DNA of 64,000 nt from a virus (Duplodnaviria; Caudoviricetes): IMG/VR virus record IMGVR_UViG_3300031555_001762. The stretch is one strand, 5' to 3'. Below are positions 26,746-37,984 of this stretch, one piece after another. The translations under genes were made by a program, and so were the position numbers. Under the pieces are notes generated by a model. The model was not told the DNA's origin, did no database searches, and was given only the letters and a program-made list of their open reading frames with translations. Each line of letters opens with the position of its first letter. Positions within the stretch are counted from its first letter, which is position 1.

Positions 26746-29700
26746 GTGAATAATAATTACACTGTATATCATTTACATAGCGATTTATCAAATGGTACAA
26801 CCAATGTTGATTCGGTAACTAAATATTATGAATATGTTAAATATGCTGCCTCGCTCGGTATGAGTGCTATGGCTTTTAGTGAACATGGCAATTTGTTTGA
26901 ATGGGTTCATAAAAAAGAAGCAATAGAAAATGCTGGCATGAAATACATTCATGCAGTCGAAGCATATCTCACAGAAGATAACGATGTTAATGATAAGCAT
27001 AGGGATAATTATCACTGCGTTTTGATTGCTAAGAACTACGATGGCGTAAAAGAGCTTAATAAGATGGTGTCGATTTCATTCGAAAGAAATGATCATCACT
27101 TCTATTATATGCCCCGAATTACATTTGAGGAGCTATTTGCCACATCTGAGAACATCATTGTAACCACAGCATGTCTTGGTGGCGTTCTTAACAAGGGGAA
27201 TGAAATTTCCAAGAAAAGATTTATGAAGTTTCTTTTGTCTAACAGGAACAGATGCTATTTAGAAGTACAGCATCATAACTGTGAAGATCAAGTTGCATAT
27301 AATAGAGAGCTTTATGCCATTAGCAAGAAAACTGGAATTCCGCTTATTGCTGGCACTGATACTCATTGCTTAAATGATGTTCACGTTGAAGGAAGAAAGA
27401 TTCTTCAAAAGGCGAAGAATGTGTTTTTCTCTGACGAAGAAGCGTGGGATTTGACGTTTAAAACATATGACGAACTAGTTGACGCATACAGACTTCAAAA
27501 CTCTCTGCCAGAAGAAGTGTACCTACAGGCAATTGCGAACACAAATGCAATGGCTGATTCTGTTGAGCCATTTGAACTTGATTATTCAAAGAAATATCCT
27601 AAGCTATACAACGATTCAGAAAAGGCCTTAAAAGAAAAGATTGTAAACGGCATTAAGAACAGGGGTATTAATAAATATAGTAACTTTAACGAATATAAAA
27701 AGAAGATTCAATATGAATTGGAGACATATAAGCATAATGGAGCTATTGACTTCTTGCTGCTTGAAGAAGACTATAAGACCGCTCTGAGGGATAAGGGTGT
27801 ATCATTTGGCTATTCAAGAGGCTCTGTAAGCGGCAGTGTAATTGCATATCTTCTTGGCATTACTGAAGTAGACTCAATTAAATACAATCTTAACTTTGAA
27901 CGCTTTATGAACAAAGAGCGAGTTTCGCTTGCCGATGTTGACACAGACTGGTCTAAGAAGGATAGATATAAAGTTCGAGAATATCTGTTTAACAAAGAGG
28001 GTTTGTATTGCTGCGATATTGTTACATTTAACACCATTGCTCTTAAGGGCGCAATTAAAGACGTTGGAAGAGCGCTTGGTATGACAGTAGATGAGACTCA
28101 GACAATTAGCGATGCTGTATATCTCGATGAACATAAGAAGGATTGTATTGATGATTTTTACATTAAAAAGCATCCCGAGCTGTTTAAGTATGTTGATATT
28201 GTAAAGGGAACCATTGTTTCCATTGGCAATCACCCTGCTGGCCTTGTCGTATCACCTTATCCAGTTGATGAATGGTTTGGTCTTTGCAGCACTAAGACAA
28301 ATGACAATATGATTTCCCAGATTAACATGAAGGAAATCGATGGCCTGTCTTTTGTTAAGTTGGATGTGCTTGGACTTGATTGCGTAGGACTTATTAATGA
28401 GACTTGTGATTTAGCTGGTATTCCAAGAATTACGCCTGACAATATCTCATTTGATGATACTAAGGTTTGGGATGAAATCAGAGATGATTGCACAATGATT
28501 TTCCAATTTGAATCATCATATGCTGGAGATTATATTAAGCAGTTGTTTAGCGATAGTACAATTGCAAATATTAAAGAGAAAAACGAAAACTTCTCTTACA
28601 TTGATTTGATGTCAATGGCTAATGGTGCGATTCGTCCAGCTGGTGCAAGCTATCGTGAAGAGCTGTCTATGGGTAAGTATCACGATAACGGTCATGACGC
28701 ATTAAACAAATTCCTTGCGCCTACTCTTGGATATCTTGTATATCAGGAGCAAATTATTGAATTCCTCCATAGTTTTTGTGGTTACACAATGGGAGAAGCG
28801 GATATTGTGCGTCGAGGATTTGCAAAGAAGACTGGCACAGATAAGTTTATCCCGAAAATCAAAGAGGGATTTATTAAGACAATGAAGGAGAAGTACGATG
28901 TTGAAGAAGACGAATCGAACAAGTTAATTGAAAGCTTTATTCAGGTCATTATTGATGCTAGTTCATATCTGTTCTCTCTAAACCACGCAACGCCTTACAG
29001 CTTTTTGGGATATGTTGTAGGATGGCTAAGATGTTATTACAAACTTGAAACTGTAACAACAGCATTGAATATCTACAGAGATGATACGGATAAGTGCTTG
29101 GAGATTTTGCAATATGCGAAGAAAAACGGCATTGAATTAAAGCCAGTTAAATTTGGCAAGTCTGGCGCTGCTTATACAATAGATAAAGAAAACAATTGTA
29201 TTTATAAGGGAATTGAATCAGTGAAGTTTTGCAATGCGCAAATTGCAGATGAATTACTTGAACTTTCTAAGAATAAATATGATAGCTTTATCGATTTGTT
29301 AAAGGATATTAAAGAGAAAACAAGTCTTAATTCAAGACAGCTGCATATTCTCATAGGACTCAATTTCTTTGATTCTTTTGGCATGAATAAATATCTGCTT
29401 AATGTGGTTGATATTTATGATAAATTTGCAAACGCAAAAATTATCGCAAAGAACAAAATGGAATCATTGGGTGTTAGTGAATATCTAATGACTAAATATG
29501 CTGGAAAAGAAACCAAGTCTCAATACAGAGAAATTGATAATAGAGGGCTGATTAAAGAGCTGTGTAGCAGATTAGATGATGAATGTATGAATATTGTGGA
29601 GCAGGTAAAATTCGACCTTGAATATCTTGAGTATACAGACTATACTAATCCTCAAATGGCAGACTATTATTATATTGTTACTGATTTTGTAACATTTAAA

Positions 29701-29931
29701 GATGCTGCAAAACCAACTTTGACACTTAGAAGAATCTGTAACGGAGAGGAAATTAAAACCAGAATAAAGCAGTCTAAGATTTTTAAGTTACAGCCATTTG
29801 GACGTTTCTCAATTTTGAAAATCGAATGTTTTGCACATACGTTCAAAAAGAAACTTATTAATGGCGAATGGACAAACACTGACGAGACAGAGCCTATTTT
29901 GGAAGAGTACGAGGTAATAAGAAATGAGTAA
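26746..29931 (+). CDS. dnaE: DNA polymerase III alpha subunit (family C)
   Basis: PHP domain HLHS; SRGSVSGS; FERF; DVDTD; HPAG; KLDVLGL. Confidence 0.93.
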   Translation: MNNNYTVYHLHSDLSNGTTNVDSVTKYYEYVKYAASLGMSAMAFSEHGNLFEWVHKKEAIENAGMKYIHAVEAYLTEDNDVNDKHRDNYHCVLIAKNYDGVKELNKMVSISFERNDHHFYYMPRITFEELFATSENIIVTTACLGGVLNKGNEISKKRFMKFLLSNRNRCYLEVQHHNCEDQVAYNRELYAISKKTGIPLIAGTDTHCLNDVHVEGRKILQKAKNVFFSDEEAWDLTFKTYDELVDAYRLQNSLPEEVYLQAIANTNAMADSVEPFELDYSKKYPKLYNDSEKALKEKIVNGIKNRGINKYSNFNEYKKKIQYELETYKHNGAIDFLLLEEDYKTALRDKGVSFGYSRGSVSGSVIAYLLGITEVDSIKYNLNFERFMNKERVSLADVDTDWSKKDRYKVREYLFNKEGLYCCDIVTFNTIALKGAIKDVGRALGMTVDETQTISDAVYLDEHKKDCIDDFYIKKHPELFKYVDIVKGTIVSIGNHPAGLVVSPYPVDEWFGLCSTKTNDNMISQINMKEIDGLSFVKLDVLGLDCVGLINETCDLAGIPRITPDNISFDDTKVWDEIRDDCTMIFQFESSYAGDYIKQLFSDSTIANIKEKNENFSYIDLMSMANGAIRPAGASYREELSMGKYHDNGHDALNKFLAPTLGYLVYQEQIIEFLHSFCGYTMGEADIVRRGFAKKTGTDKFIPKIKEGFIKTMKEKYDVEEDESNKLIESFIQVIIDASSYLFSLNHATPYSFLGYVVGWLRCYYKLETVTTALNIYRDDTDKCLEILQYAKKNGIELKPVKFGKSGAAYTIDKENNCIYKGIESVKFCNAQIADELLELSKNKYDSFIDLLKDIKEKTSLNSRQLHILIGLNFFDSFGMNKYLLNVVDIYDKFANAKIIAKNKMESLGVSEYLMTKYAGKETKSQYREIDNRGLIKELCSRLDDECMNIVEQVKFDLEYLEYTDYTNPQMADYYYIVTDFVTFKDAAKPTLTLRRICNGEEIKTRIKQSKIFKLQPFGRFSILKIECFAHTFKKKLINGEWTNTDETEPILEEYEVIRNE

Positions 29932-32194
29932 TAAAGAAAAGCAATATGAGTTTGTTGGCAGTGTCGTAAGGAGTATCTACGACTCTGCCGACTTTCGAGT
30001 ATACGCATTGGATGTTGACACAAAGAGATATTCAGATGTAAAGAAGAATCGCTATGGCAACGTATCTATTTCTGGCGAGATGCCAGAGTTGACTCTTGGT
30101 ACTCAATATGAAATTGTAGCAACGGAGACAGAATCTAAATATGGCACATCTTATAAAGTGTTAAACATCAAGAGAGATGAGCCAAAATCAGAAGAAGATA
30201 TGAAAATCTTTCTCGAAGAAATATTGACACCTAATCAGGCTGATGTTCTTTATGCTAATTATCCTGACATTGTTCAGCGCGTAAAAGAAGATAACATTGA
30301 AGACATCGACCTATCAAAACTTCATGGCATTGGGGAAAAGACATTCGAAAAAATCAAGAAGAAGATTATCGAAAATTTCTGTTTGGTAGATTTGGTCACT
30401 GAATTCAAAGGTGTGCTATCTCTAAATATCATTAAGAAGATTTATGATAAATATTCTTCTATTGAATTATTGAGATATAAGCTTAAGTCAGAACCATATA
30501 CTTCATTAACGCGAATCAGTGGCATTGGCTTTAAGACGGCAGACTCAATTATCTTGGAGTTGCAAAAAGAAAACATCTTTGACTTTGGATATGACGTAAA
30601 AACAAGTCCAGATAGATGCCTGTCTTGTTTGTTGTATTTGCTGCAAGAGAATGAAAACGAAGGCAATACCAAAATGAATTTGGCTGAATTGCGCAAGTTA
30701 TGTTTGCAACTTGTTCCTGCATGCGCAGATCATTTCGCCGAAGTCATTAAATCTAATGCCATTTATTATGATAAAGACACTATGGATGTTGCACTTAGAT
30801 GGACGTATGATACCGAACATTATATTGCATCAATGATAATTGACAACCTAAATAACCGCAACAACGTATGGGATTATAACGTTGAAAAGTATAGAAAAGT
30901 AGGAGAGTTCGAACTAACGGATGAACAGATGGATGCTGTTTCAAATGTATGCAAATATTCTGTAAGCATTTTGAACGGTGCAGCTGGAACTGGTAAGTCA
31001 GCTTCTACACAAGCTATTATCAAAATGCTTGAAGACAATTTCAAATCTTATAAGTTGTTTTCTCCAACTGGAAAAGCTGCAAAGGTTCTGGCTGATTACA
31101 CTAATAGACCTGCTTCTACTATCCACAGAGGGCTAGGACATCAACCTCCTAACATATGGACGTTTAATGAGGGCAATAAGCTTATTTCCGATGTTATTAT
31201 AGTAGACGAGTTTTCTATGGTAGATGTTCAATTATTTGCGAAGCTAATAGAGGCCATCGACTTTGAATGCACAAAGCTGTTAATTATCGGGGATAATGCA
31301 CAGTTACCATCAGTATCTTGCGGTAATTTGCTTCATGATTTTATGCAGTCCAATCTTATTCCCACTGTTACTTTGACAAAGGTTCACAGATATGGAGAAG
31401 GTGGACTTATGAAGGTTGCTACAGATACAAGATGTTGCAAGACATACTTGAACAAATCAATGAAGTCAAAAGCAACTTCATTTGGCAACAATAAAGATTA
31501 TACGTTTGTTGACTTGGCATCTGAAATCATTCCTCAGCATGCAGTTGCTTTATATAAAAAGTTGCTAAATAAAGGAGTTAGCGTTGATAACATTCAGGTG
31601 TTAACAGCAAAGAACGTAAGCGATTGCGGAACTGTCGTATTAAATAACATGCTACAAAAGGTTGCAAACCCAAATTACGGCAGCGGAACGTATATGAAAG
31701 TAGGAGATACAACGTATTACAAAGGCGATCTTGTAATTCAATGCGTTAATAACTATAAGGCAGAAATAGATATTGAACATATGCCAAACGAGATGTATAA
31801 TTGTTATTACGACGAAGTTCCTACTGCATTTGTAGCCAATGGAGAGACTGGTATCATTAAGGAGATTTACAACACATTTGTTATTATTGATTTTGATGGC
31901 ATATATGTGAAATACTATCGAGATAATATGACGATGATTAAGCTTGGATATGCCATTACAATACATAAAAGTCAGGGTTCATCGGTTGACAATGTTATCC
32001 TATGTACTCCTCAAAGCCATATTTTTATGCTTAATAGCAATCTTCTTTATGTTGGACTAACTCGTATGAAAAAGAATTGTTACCATTTGGGAGCTTTAAA
32101 TAGTGTTAATCAGGCAATTCATAAAAAGGCAAACCTAGAAAGGCATACATTTATGAAGAATTTGTTGATTAACATAAATAATAAAAAAATATAG
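29924..32194 (+). CDS. RecD2-like SF1 helicase
   Basis: GAAGTGKS, PTGKAA, DEFSM, GDNAQL, YAITIHKSQG. Confidence 0.9.
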   Translation: MSNKEKQYEFVGSVVRSIYDSADFRVYALDVDTKRYSDVKKNRYGNVSISGEMPELTLGTQYEIVATETESKYGTSYKVLNIKRDEPKSEEDMKIFLEEILTPNQADVLYANYPDIVQRVKEDNIEDIDLSKLHGIGEKTFEKIKKKIIENFCLVDLVTEFKGVLSLNIIKKIYDKYSSIELLRYKLKSEPYTSLTRISGIGFKTADSIILELQKENIFDFGYDVKTSPDRCLSCLLYLLQENENEGNTKMNLAELRKLCLQLVPACADHFAEVIKSNAIYYDKDTMDVALRWTYDTEHYIASMIIDNLNNRNNVWDYNVEKYRKVGEFELTDEQMDAVSNVCKYSVSILNGAAGTGKSASTQAIIKMLEDNFKSYKLFSPTGKAAKVLADYTNRPASTIHRGLGHQPPNIWTFNEGNKLISDVIIVDEFSMVDVQLFAKLIEAIDFECTKLLIIGDNAQLPSVSCGNLLHDFMQSNLIPTVTLTKVHRYGEGGLMKVATDTRCCKTYLNKSMKSKATSFGNNKDYTFVDLASEIIPQHAVALYKKLLNKGVSVDNIQVLTAKNVSDCGTVVLNNMLQKVANPNYGSGTYMKVGDTTYYKGDLVIQCVNNYKAEIDIEHMPNEMYNCYYDEVPTAFVANGETGIIKEIYNTFVIIDFDGIYVKYYRDNMTMIKLGYAITIHKSQGSSVDNVILCTPQSHIFMLNSNLLYVGLTRMKKNCYHLGALNSVNQAIHKKANLERHTFMKNLLININNKKI

Positions 32195-32266
32195 TGCCAA
32201 CTTTATATTGTTGTGATATTATATGTTTCATACTATTAAAGTTATATGCTAAAGGAAGTGTGAAAT

Positions 32267-33094
32267 TTGAATAAGAGAGTAGTGTTGTTCGTTATATTTG
32301 TGATAACAATTGTTATTACAAATGCATCTGCATATGCACTTATAAGATATAACGGAAACAACGTTAATCTAAAACAATATGAAGATGAAGTTTTTGAAGT
32401 GAAAGACGAAATGCTAGTTCTAAGCGGATGGGTTGGCGTAGAAGAGTTGCCAGTGATGAGCGAGCCTTCCGAGTTAAGCGATACTGTAGGTTCGCTCTCT
32501 TTTAATGAAGAGTTTGAATATATGATTTATAATAGCGACTGGTTTGAGATTGTAGATAATGATGCTAAGGGATATGTATCCTCTAAAAACGTTTTAAATA
32601 AAAGCACTGGATATGATTCATATTCGCAATATGAATTAGACAAAATCATAGGATACGAGTCATATTCAGTTCCAAATACCAGCGGTTTCAAATCATATAT
32701 GGATTACAGGTCTATTACATATATAGAATCTAGACAATATGAATTGCAAAACAGATATGCGGAAACAGGTAATTATGGAATCAGAATGGTTAATGGCAGA
32801 TATTGCGTAGCAGTTGGCTCGTATTTTACAGACGATGTTGGGCAATATCTTGACCTCATATTAGAAGACGGAACAGTAATTCCGTGTATCTTAGCAGACC
32901 AAAAGGCCGATATTCATACTGATTCAAATAATATCGTGACTATGCATAATGGATGCATGAGTGAATTTATAATTGATTCTAATTTTCTAGTAGATTCAGT
33001 TAAAAAGCATGGTAATATCTCTTATTGCAATGACAATTGGAAATCAAAAGTCGTTGAGGTAAGAGTTTATAATAAAAATATTTTTGAAGAATAA
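32267..33094 (+). CDS. exported/membrane-anchored protein, SH3-like plus possible cell-wall hydrolase domain
   Basis: N-terminal hydrophobic segment; W...GYVSS SH3b-like; FKSYMDY...CVAVGS. Confidence 0.55.
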   Translation: MNKRVVLFVIFVITIVITNASAYALIRYNGNNVNLKQYEDEVFEVKDEMLVLSGWVGVEELPVMSEPSELSDTVGSLSFNEEFEYMIYNSDWFEIVDNDAKGYVSSKNVLNKSTGYDSYSQYELDKIIGYESYSVPNTSGFKSYMDYRSITYIESRQYELQNRYAETGNYGIRMVNGRYCVAVGSYFTDDVGQYLDLILEDGTVIPCILADQKADIHTDSNNIVTMHNGCMSEFIIDSNFLVDSVKKHGNISYCNDNWKSKVVEVRVYNKNIFEE

Positions 33095-33108
33095 GGAGGT
33101 TGCAATCT

Positions 33109-35259
33109 ATGATTGTAAAAAAGAGAACTGGTGATTTTGCAGAGTTTGACAAAAACAAAATTGTCAATGCCATTCTCAAATCCATGAAGCAAGGTAGTGG
33201 CGTTGTCAAAGAAAAGATTGCAAACGATATTGCAGATGAAATTGAAATTGAGGTTCGTGATAAAACGGAGGTGTCTATTTCTGAAATTGAAGCACTGGTC
33301 TACAGCAAGCTCATTACTAAGAAGCAGAAGTTAACAGCAAAGGCATATGAGGACTATCGCGCAGTAAGAGAGTATCAGCGTCAACATAACACTATTGACA
33401 ATAAGGTTCTAGGTATTGTCGATGGTACTAATAAAGCCTCTCTGTCTGAGAACTCCAATAAAAATGAAGCCCTCATTTCTACTTGTCGTGACTTGGTAGC
33501 AGAAGAGGTCTCCAAGGATATCTCTCTGCGTATGATGCTTCCGCCTCATATTGCACAGGCTCATAATGATGGTATTATTCATATTCATGACCTTGGACAT
33601 TACCTTAATCCTTCGTTTAATTGCTGTCTTGTAAACCTAGAAGATATGCTAATGAACGGCACTGTTATTAATGGTAAGAAGATTGATAGGCCTCATAGCT
33701 TCAGAACTGCTTCTACTATTGCAACGCAGATTATCGCTCAGGTTGCATCGGCTCAGTTTGGAGGTCAGACTGTTACGCTGTCTCATCTTGCCCCATTTGT
33801 TCGCATTAGCGAAAATAGAATTCGTGAAGAGGTGTTTGAGGAGCTTGGTGATTTTGCATCGTCTGTTGATATTGAAAGCATTGTTCAGAAGCGACTTGCA
33901 CGAGAAATTCGAGATGGTGTTCAGACGTTCCAGTATCAGATTAACACTCTGCAAACTAGCAACGGTCAGTCTCCATTCCTTTCCGTATTCATGTATATCA
34001 GTGAGAATCCTGAATATGAGAAGGAAACTGCGATGATTATCAAGGAGTTTATCCGTCAGCGTATTCAAGGTATGAAGAACGAGGTTGGTGTTTGGATTAC
34101 TCCTGCATTCCCAAAATTGCTATACGTACTTGATGAGAATAATATTCATGAGGATAGCGAGTATTGGCATATTACCGAACTTGCAGCTCAATGCGTTGCG
34201 AAGCGTATGATGCCAGACTTCATTTCTGCAAAGCATATGCGTCAGAACTACGAGGGCAATGTATTTGGTTGTATGGGTTGCCGTGCTTGGCTGTCTCCAT
34301 ACAAGGGTGGCATTAACAATGAAGAAGGTTCGTACAAGTGGTATGGTCGATTCAACATGGGTCTTACCTCTATCAACCTTGCCGATTGCGGACTGTCTGC
34401 GCAGGGTAGCATCGAAGATTTCTGGAAGATTTTCGATGAGCGTCTTGAGCTTTGTTATGAAAGCTTAATGCTTCGTTATGAGAAGCTTAAGAACGTCACT
34501 TCAGATGTATCTCCTATTCATTGGCAGCATGGAGCTATTGCAAGACTTCCAAAGCACGAACCAATTTTCCCGCTCCTACAGGAAGGTTACGCAACTATTA
34601 CGCTTGGCTACATTGGCGTATATGAATGCGTTAAGGCTCTGCTCGGTACGTCGCACACTGCTCCAGAAGGCGAGAAGCTTGCAATTGAAATCGTGTCTTA
34701 CATGAAGAAAAAGGTTGTCGATTGGAAGAAGCGTAATGGTCTTGGATTTGCTCTTTACGGAACTCCTAGCGAGTCTCTAACTGAGAAGTTTGCAAAGGCT
34801 TGTGTAAGGCGTTGGGGTACTGTAGATGGCGAAGAGGTTCGAGGATTCCTTACCAATAGCTATCATGTGTTTGTCGAAGAAGAGATTAATGCGTTTGATA
34901 AGCTTAAGTTTGAGTCTCAGTTCCATCCGATTAGCAGCGGCGGTTGTATCTCCTATATTGAAGCTGTAAATCTTACAAACAACATTCCTGCGGTTCTGTC
35001 TCTTATCAAGTTCATGTATGATAACATTCAGTATGCAGAAATTAATACTAAGTCTGATTACTGCCATGTATGTGGATTTGATGGCGAGATTTTGATTGAC
35101 GAAAACCTAGATTGGTATTGCCCTAACTGTGGTAATCGTGATAAGTCTAGGATGAATGTCGTTCGTAGAACCTGTGGCTATCTTGGTGAGAACTATTGGA
35201 ACGCTGGTCGAACAGAAGAAATCAAGAATAGATATGTTCATCTTGGAGCTGGCGATTAA
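33109..35259 (+). CDS. nrdD: anaerobic ribonucleoside-triphosphate reductase
   Basis: ATP-cone VKKR, IHIHD, NCC, MGCR, RRTCGYLG glycyl-radical motif. Confidence 0.96.
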   Translation: MIVKKRTGDFAEFDKNKIVNAILKSMKQGSGVVKEKIANDIADEIEIEVRDKTEVSISEIEALVYSKLITKKQKLTAKAYEDYRAVREYQRQHNTIDNKVLGIVDGTNKASLSENSNKNEALISTCRDLVAEEVSKDISLRMMLPPHIAQAHNDGIIHIHDLGHYLNPSFNCCLVNLEDMLMNGTVINGKKIDRPHSFRTASTIATQIIAQVASAQFGGQTVTLSHLAPFVRISENRIREEVFEELGDFASSVDIESIVQKRLAREIRDGVQTFQYQINTLQTSNGQSPFLSVFMYISENPEYEKETAMIIKEFIRQRIQGMKNEVGVWITPAFPKLLYVLDENNIHEDSEYWHITELAAQCVAKRMMPDFISAKHMRQNYEGNVFGCMGCRAWLSPYKGGINNEEGSYKWYGRFNMGLTSINLADCGLSAQGSIEDFWKIFDERLELCYESLMLRYEKLKNVTSDVSPIHWQHGAIARLPKHEPIFPLLQEGYATITLGYIGVYECVKALLGTSHTAPEGEKLAIEIVSYMKKKVVDWKKRNGLGFALYGTPSESLTEKFAKACVRRWGTVDGEEVRGFLTNSYHVFVEEEINAFDKLKFESQFHPISSGGCISYIEAVNLTNNIPAVLSLIKFMYDNIQYAEINTKSDYCHVCGFDGEILIDENLDWYCPNCGNRDKSRMNVVRRTCGYLGENYWNAGRTEEIKNRYVHLGAGD

Positions 35260-35783
35260 TGAATTACCATAAGATAGAGAAAACTTCTGTTGCAAATGGT
35301 ACTGGAATTCGTGTTGTTCTTTGGACATCAGGATGTAGATGTCATTGCAAAGGGTGTCAAAATCCAGAGACTTGGCCTTTTGATTCTGGCAAATCGTTTG
35401 ATGAAACGGCAAAACAGGAATTATTTGAAGCATTAGACAAGTCATACATTCAAGGTATTACGTTCTCTGGCGGTCATCCGCTGGAGAACGAAAACCTTGA
35501 CGATGTATATGAATTAATTGTGGAAATTCGAGATAAGTTCCCAAATAAAGATATTTGGCTTTATACTGGATATAGGTTTGATAGAATAATCAATAATCCA
35601 TTAAGAGATATGAATGTAACACTTCGTAAAAGAATTGTAGAGTTGTGCGATATAGTAGTTGATGGCGCTTATATTGATGAGCTTAAAGATATTACTTTGC
35701 GTTGGCGTGGAAGTAGCAATCAAAGAGTTATCAATGTAAAGGAAACATTAAAACAAGGTGAGATTGTTTTATATAACCAATAA
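35259..35783 (+). CDS. nrdG: anaerobic RNR activase (radical SAM)
   Basis: NGTGIR, CRCHCKGCQN, SGGHP, RGSSNQR. Confidence 0.95.
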   Translation: MNYHKIEKTSVANGTGIRVVLWTSGCRCHCKGCQNPETWPFDSGKSFDETAKQELFEALDKSYIQGITFSGGHPLENENLDDVYELIVEIRDKFPNKDIWLYTGYRFDRIINNPLRDMNVTLRKRIVELCDIVVDGAYIDELKDITLRWRGSSNQRVINVKETLKQGEIVLYNQ

Positions 35784-35811
35784 GGATATATGCTAAAGAA
35801 AGGTGAAATGA

Positions 35812-36369
35812 ATGAAGAGAATGGCACGATTTGAAAAGGTTTCGTATGAACAGTTCAAGAAAGATTGCCTTGACACGTTTTTCAAGAACGAAACAGATTA
35901 CATCGATCCAGTAACCAAGGAAGTTACCTACGTAGTTGAAAATTGGATTCGAGACGTATATGAGGGAATCGAACTCCCCAAGAGGGCAACTATGCAGAGT
36001 GCTGGAAACGACTTCTTCTGCCCTATGGGAATCATGATTAAAGCTGGTGAGTCAAGAAAGATTCCAACTGGTATTCGATGCGAGATGTATGATGGCTGGG
36101 TGTTGATGCTATATCCTCGTAGCGGTCATGGCTTTAAGTATGGAGTACACATGGCTAATACCGTAGGGGTTATCGATGGCGATTACTATGAGTCAGACAA
36201 CGAGGGTCATATCTTTGTAAAGCTGGTCAACGACAGTTCTCTTGCAAAGGATATCCATATTGATGCTGGCGATGCATTTTGTCAGGGAATCTTTATGCCA
36301 TTTGGCATTACGCTTGATGATGATGTAACAGAGCAGCGCAATGGCGGATTTGGTTCAACTGGTCGATAA
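35812..36369 (+). CDS. dut: trimeric dUTPase
   Basis: SAGND, PRSG, GVIDGDY, RNGGFGSTG. Confidence 0.93.
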   Translation: MKRMARFEKVSYEQFKKDCLDTFFKNETDYIDPVTKEVTYVVENWIRDVYEGIELPKRATMQSAGNDFFCPMGIMIKAGESRKIPTGIRCEMYDGWVLMLYPRSGHGFKYGVHMANTVGVIDGDYYESDNEGHIFVKLVNDSSLAKDIHIDAGDAFCQGIFMPFGITLDDDVTEQRNGGFGSTGR

Positions 36370-36381
36370 ATATTAATTTTG

Positions 36382-36429
36382 CCACTATATATAGTATCGA
36401 TGATTTAAATTGCGTACTATATATAGTGG
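36382..36429. promoter_or_regulatory. tandem NrdR boxes
   Basis: CCACTATATATAGTAT (36382-36397) and GTACTATATATAGTGG (36414-36429), 32 bp apart. Confidence 0.65.
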
Positions 36430-36436
36430 TTATTTG

Positions 36437-36460
36437 GCATTGAAATATAAATTTCAAAGG
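36437..36460 (+). repeat. 24-bp site copy
   Basis: GCATTGAAA-tataaa-TTTCAAAGG. Confidence 0.85.
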
Positions 36461-36475
36461 ATGAAAGGTGTCAAC

Positions 36476-36637
36476 ATGAACAACGAAACTATTAAGAAGT
36501 TTGATGTAACCATTAAGCTGCGTGGCGATAATATCTACGACCTTTATATGAACAATGACTGGGTGGCTTCTCGCGGAAGTTGCGATGGTATTCTTGATGA
36601 AGCTCGTGCTGCGATTAAAGCTTCGTTGATTAATTAA
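36476..36637 (+). CDS. small hypothetical protein
   Basis: AAAGGTG RBS, 53 aa. Confidence 0.55.
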   Translation: MNNETIKKFDVTIKLRGDNIYDLYMNNDWVASRGSCDGILDEARAAIKASLIN

Positions 36638-36653
36638 TAGTCAAGGAGTTAGT

Positions 36654-37028
36654 ATGTCAGAATTAGATAAAGTTTATTGCGTATTCTGTTATAGCGATTG
36701 GGATGACGAAATTGTAGAAGACACTAATATCTTCTTTTTTAGCAAGGAAGCAGCAGAGACATATGCCAAGCTTTGCAAATTGAAAGAGCCAAGCTTTGAC
36801 CATAAGGTTGTAGAACTTGAATGCCATGATCATATGATTGAGGATTATGAAATCTTCATTCACAATCTAGAAGAGGAAAAGAAGATCAAGGACGAAGCTG
36901 AAAGAATTAGAAGAAAAAGATATGATATTAGAGAATATGCAAGATTAAAAGCAAAGCTCGAACGTAATGATCCTTTTAATTTTTTTGATATTGAAAAAGA
37001 GCTTTTGAATAAGTATGGGTTAGAATAA
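36654..37028 (+). CDS. hypothetical protein
   Basis: AAGGAG RBS. Confidence 0.68.
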   Translation: MSELDKVYCVFCYSDWDDEIVEDTNIFFFSKEAAETYAKLCKLKEPSFDHKVVELECHDHMIEDYEIFIHNLEEEKKIKDEAERIRRKRYDIREYARLKAKLERNDPFNFFDIEKELLNKYGLE

Positions 37029-37051
37029 TAAAATAGATTGGTAAAAAGTAA

Positions 37052-37252
37052 ATGACAACTTGCAATAACATTGGAGACAAACAGAATCCTTTACATGAGT
37101 CTGATCAATTCGTGTGTTCAAAATGCACCATTCACCTTGAAGGATGGCATGAAGTCTACTATGATTATGACTATGGTATTCCGCCAAGCAAAGACTATTA
37201 CGAATACTCTTTTAAATACTGTCCTAATTGCGGACGTGAAGTTATAGATTAA
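37052..37252 (+). CDS. small zinc-ribbon protein
   Basis: CSKC...YCPNCG. Confidence 0.65.
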   Translation: MTTCNNIGDKQNPLHESDQFVCSKCTIHLEGWHEVYYDYDYGIPPSKDYYEYSFKYCPNCGREVID

Positions 37253-37306
37253 ATGTTTGAAATTGCACAAAATAATATTGCAATATGAAACATGGGAAGG
37301 TAAATA

Positions 37307-37984
37307 ATGGCTAATTATTTGGTGACAAAATTTAGAGGGCAATATAAAATGCTTCCTGATATTGACATGGAAACCAATGACTTTGCCAGAGATTGCGATG
37401 ATGTAATTGACGAAGATATGGTTTACATCTCATGTTATTATGATACGAAGGTGTACTACTGGGGTCTTAACGATTCTCACAGAGGCGTTCTTGTTGCATA
37501 TATTCCATCAAAACAGAGAGCGCGAAATATCAAGAAGGAAATGAAAAAACAGAAGATTGATATTGTGGATTATGATGAATCGGAAACAGAGGCAATGTTG
37601 AAGTTTTTGGCATCAGATGCAGAACAAGTAATTGAAATGCTTAAGCCTTATAAAAGCGGCCTTAAAACATCTGCATTTAGCAGCAAGAATCTGCCGAAGT
37701 CTAACGTATCTATTCCCTCTGAAAAAATTGAAGAATATAAGGCAATTATCTCTAAATTGGGGAAGAATGATATGTTGGTCATCAAGAATATAAATGACCA
37801 CTTCTTGACTGATATTCTTGAACAAATGCTCCGTAAGAAGACTAAGAATAAGAAGTTCTCTGTACGTGACGATATGAAACTGAACAAGATGAGTAGGCAG
37901 ATGAAAGAATATGTATACGCCAGAGGTTATTGGCAAGAGTACCTAGACTATCTATCCAAGGAGATTGACGCTCATTATGCTTAG
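37307..37984 (+). CDS. hypothetical protein
   Basis: 225 aa ORF with RBS. Confidence 0.72.
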   Translation: MANYLVTKFRGQYKMLPDIDMETNDFARDCDDVIDEDMVYISCYYDTKVYYWGLNDSHRGVLVAYIPSKQRARNIKKEMKKQKIDIVDYDESETEAMLKFLASDAEQVIEMLKPYKSGLKTSAFSSKNLPKSNVSIPSEKIEEYKAIISKLGKNDMLVIKNINDHFLTDILEQMLRKKTKNKKFSVRDDMKLNKMSRQMKEYVYARGYWQEYLDYLSKEIDAHYA

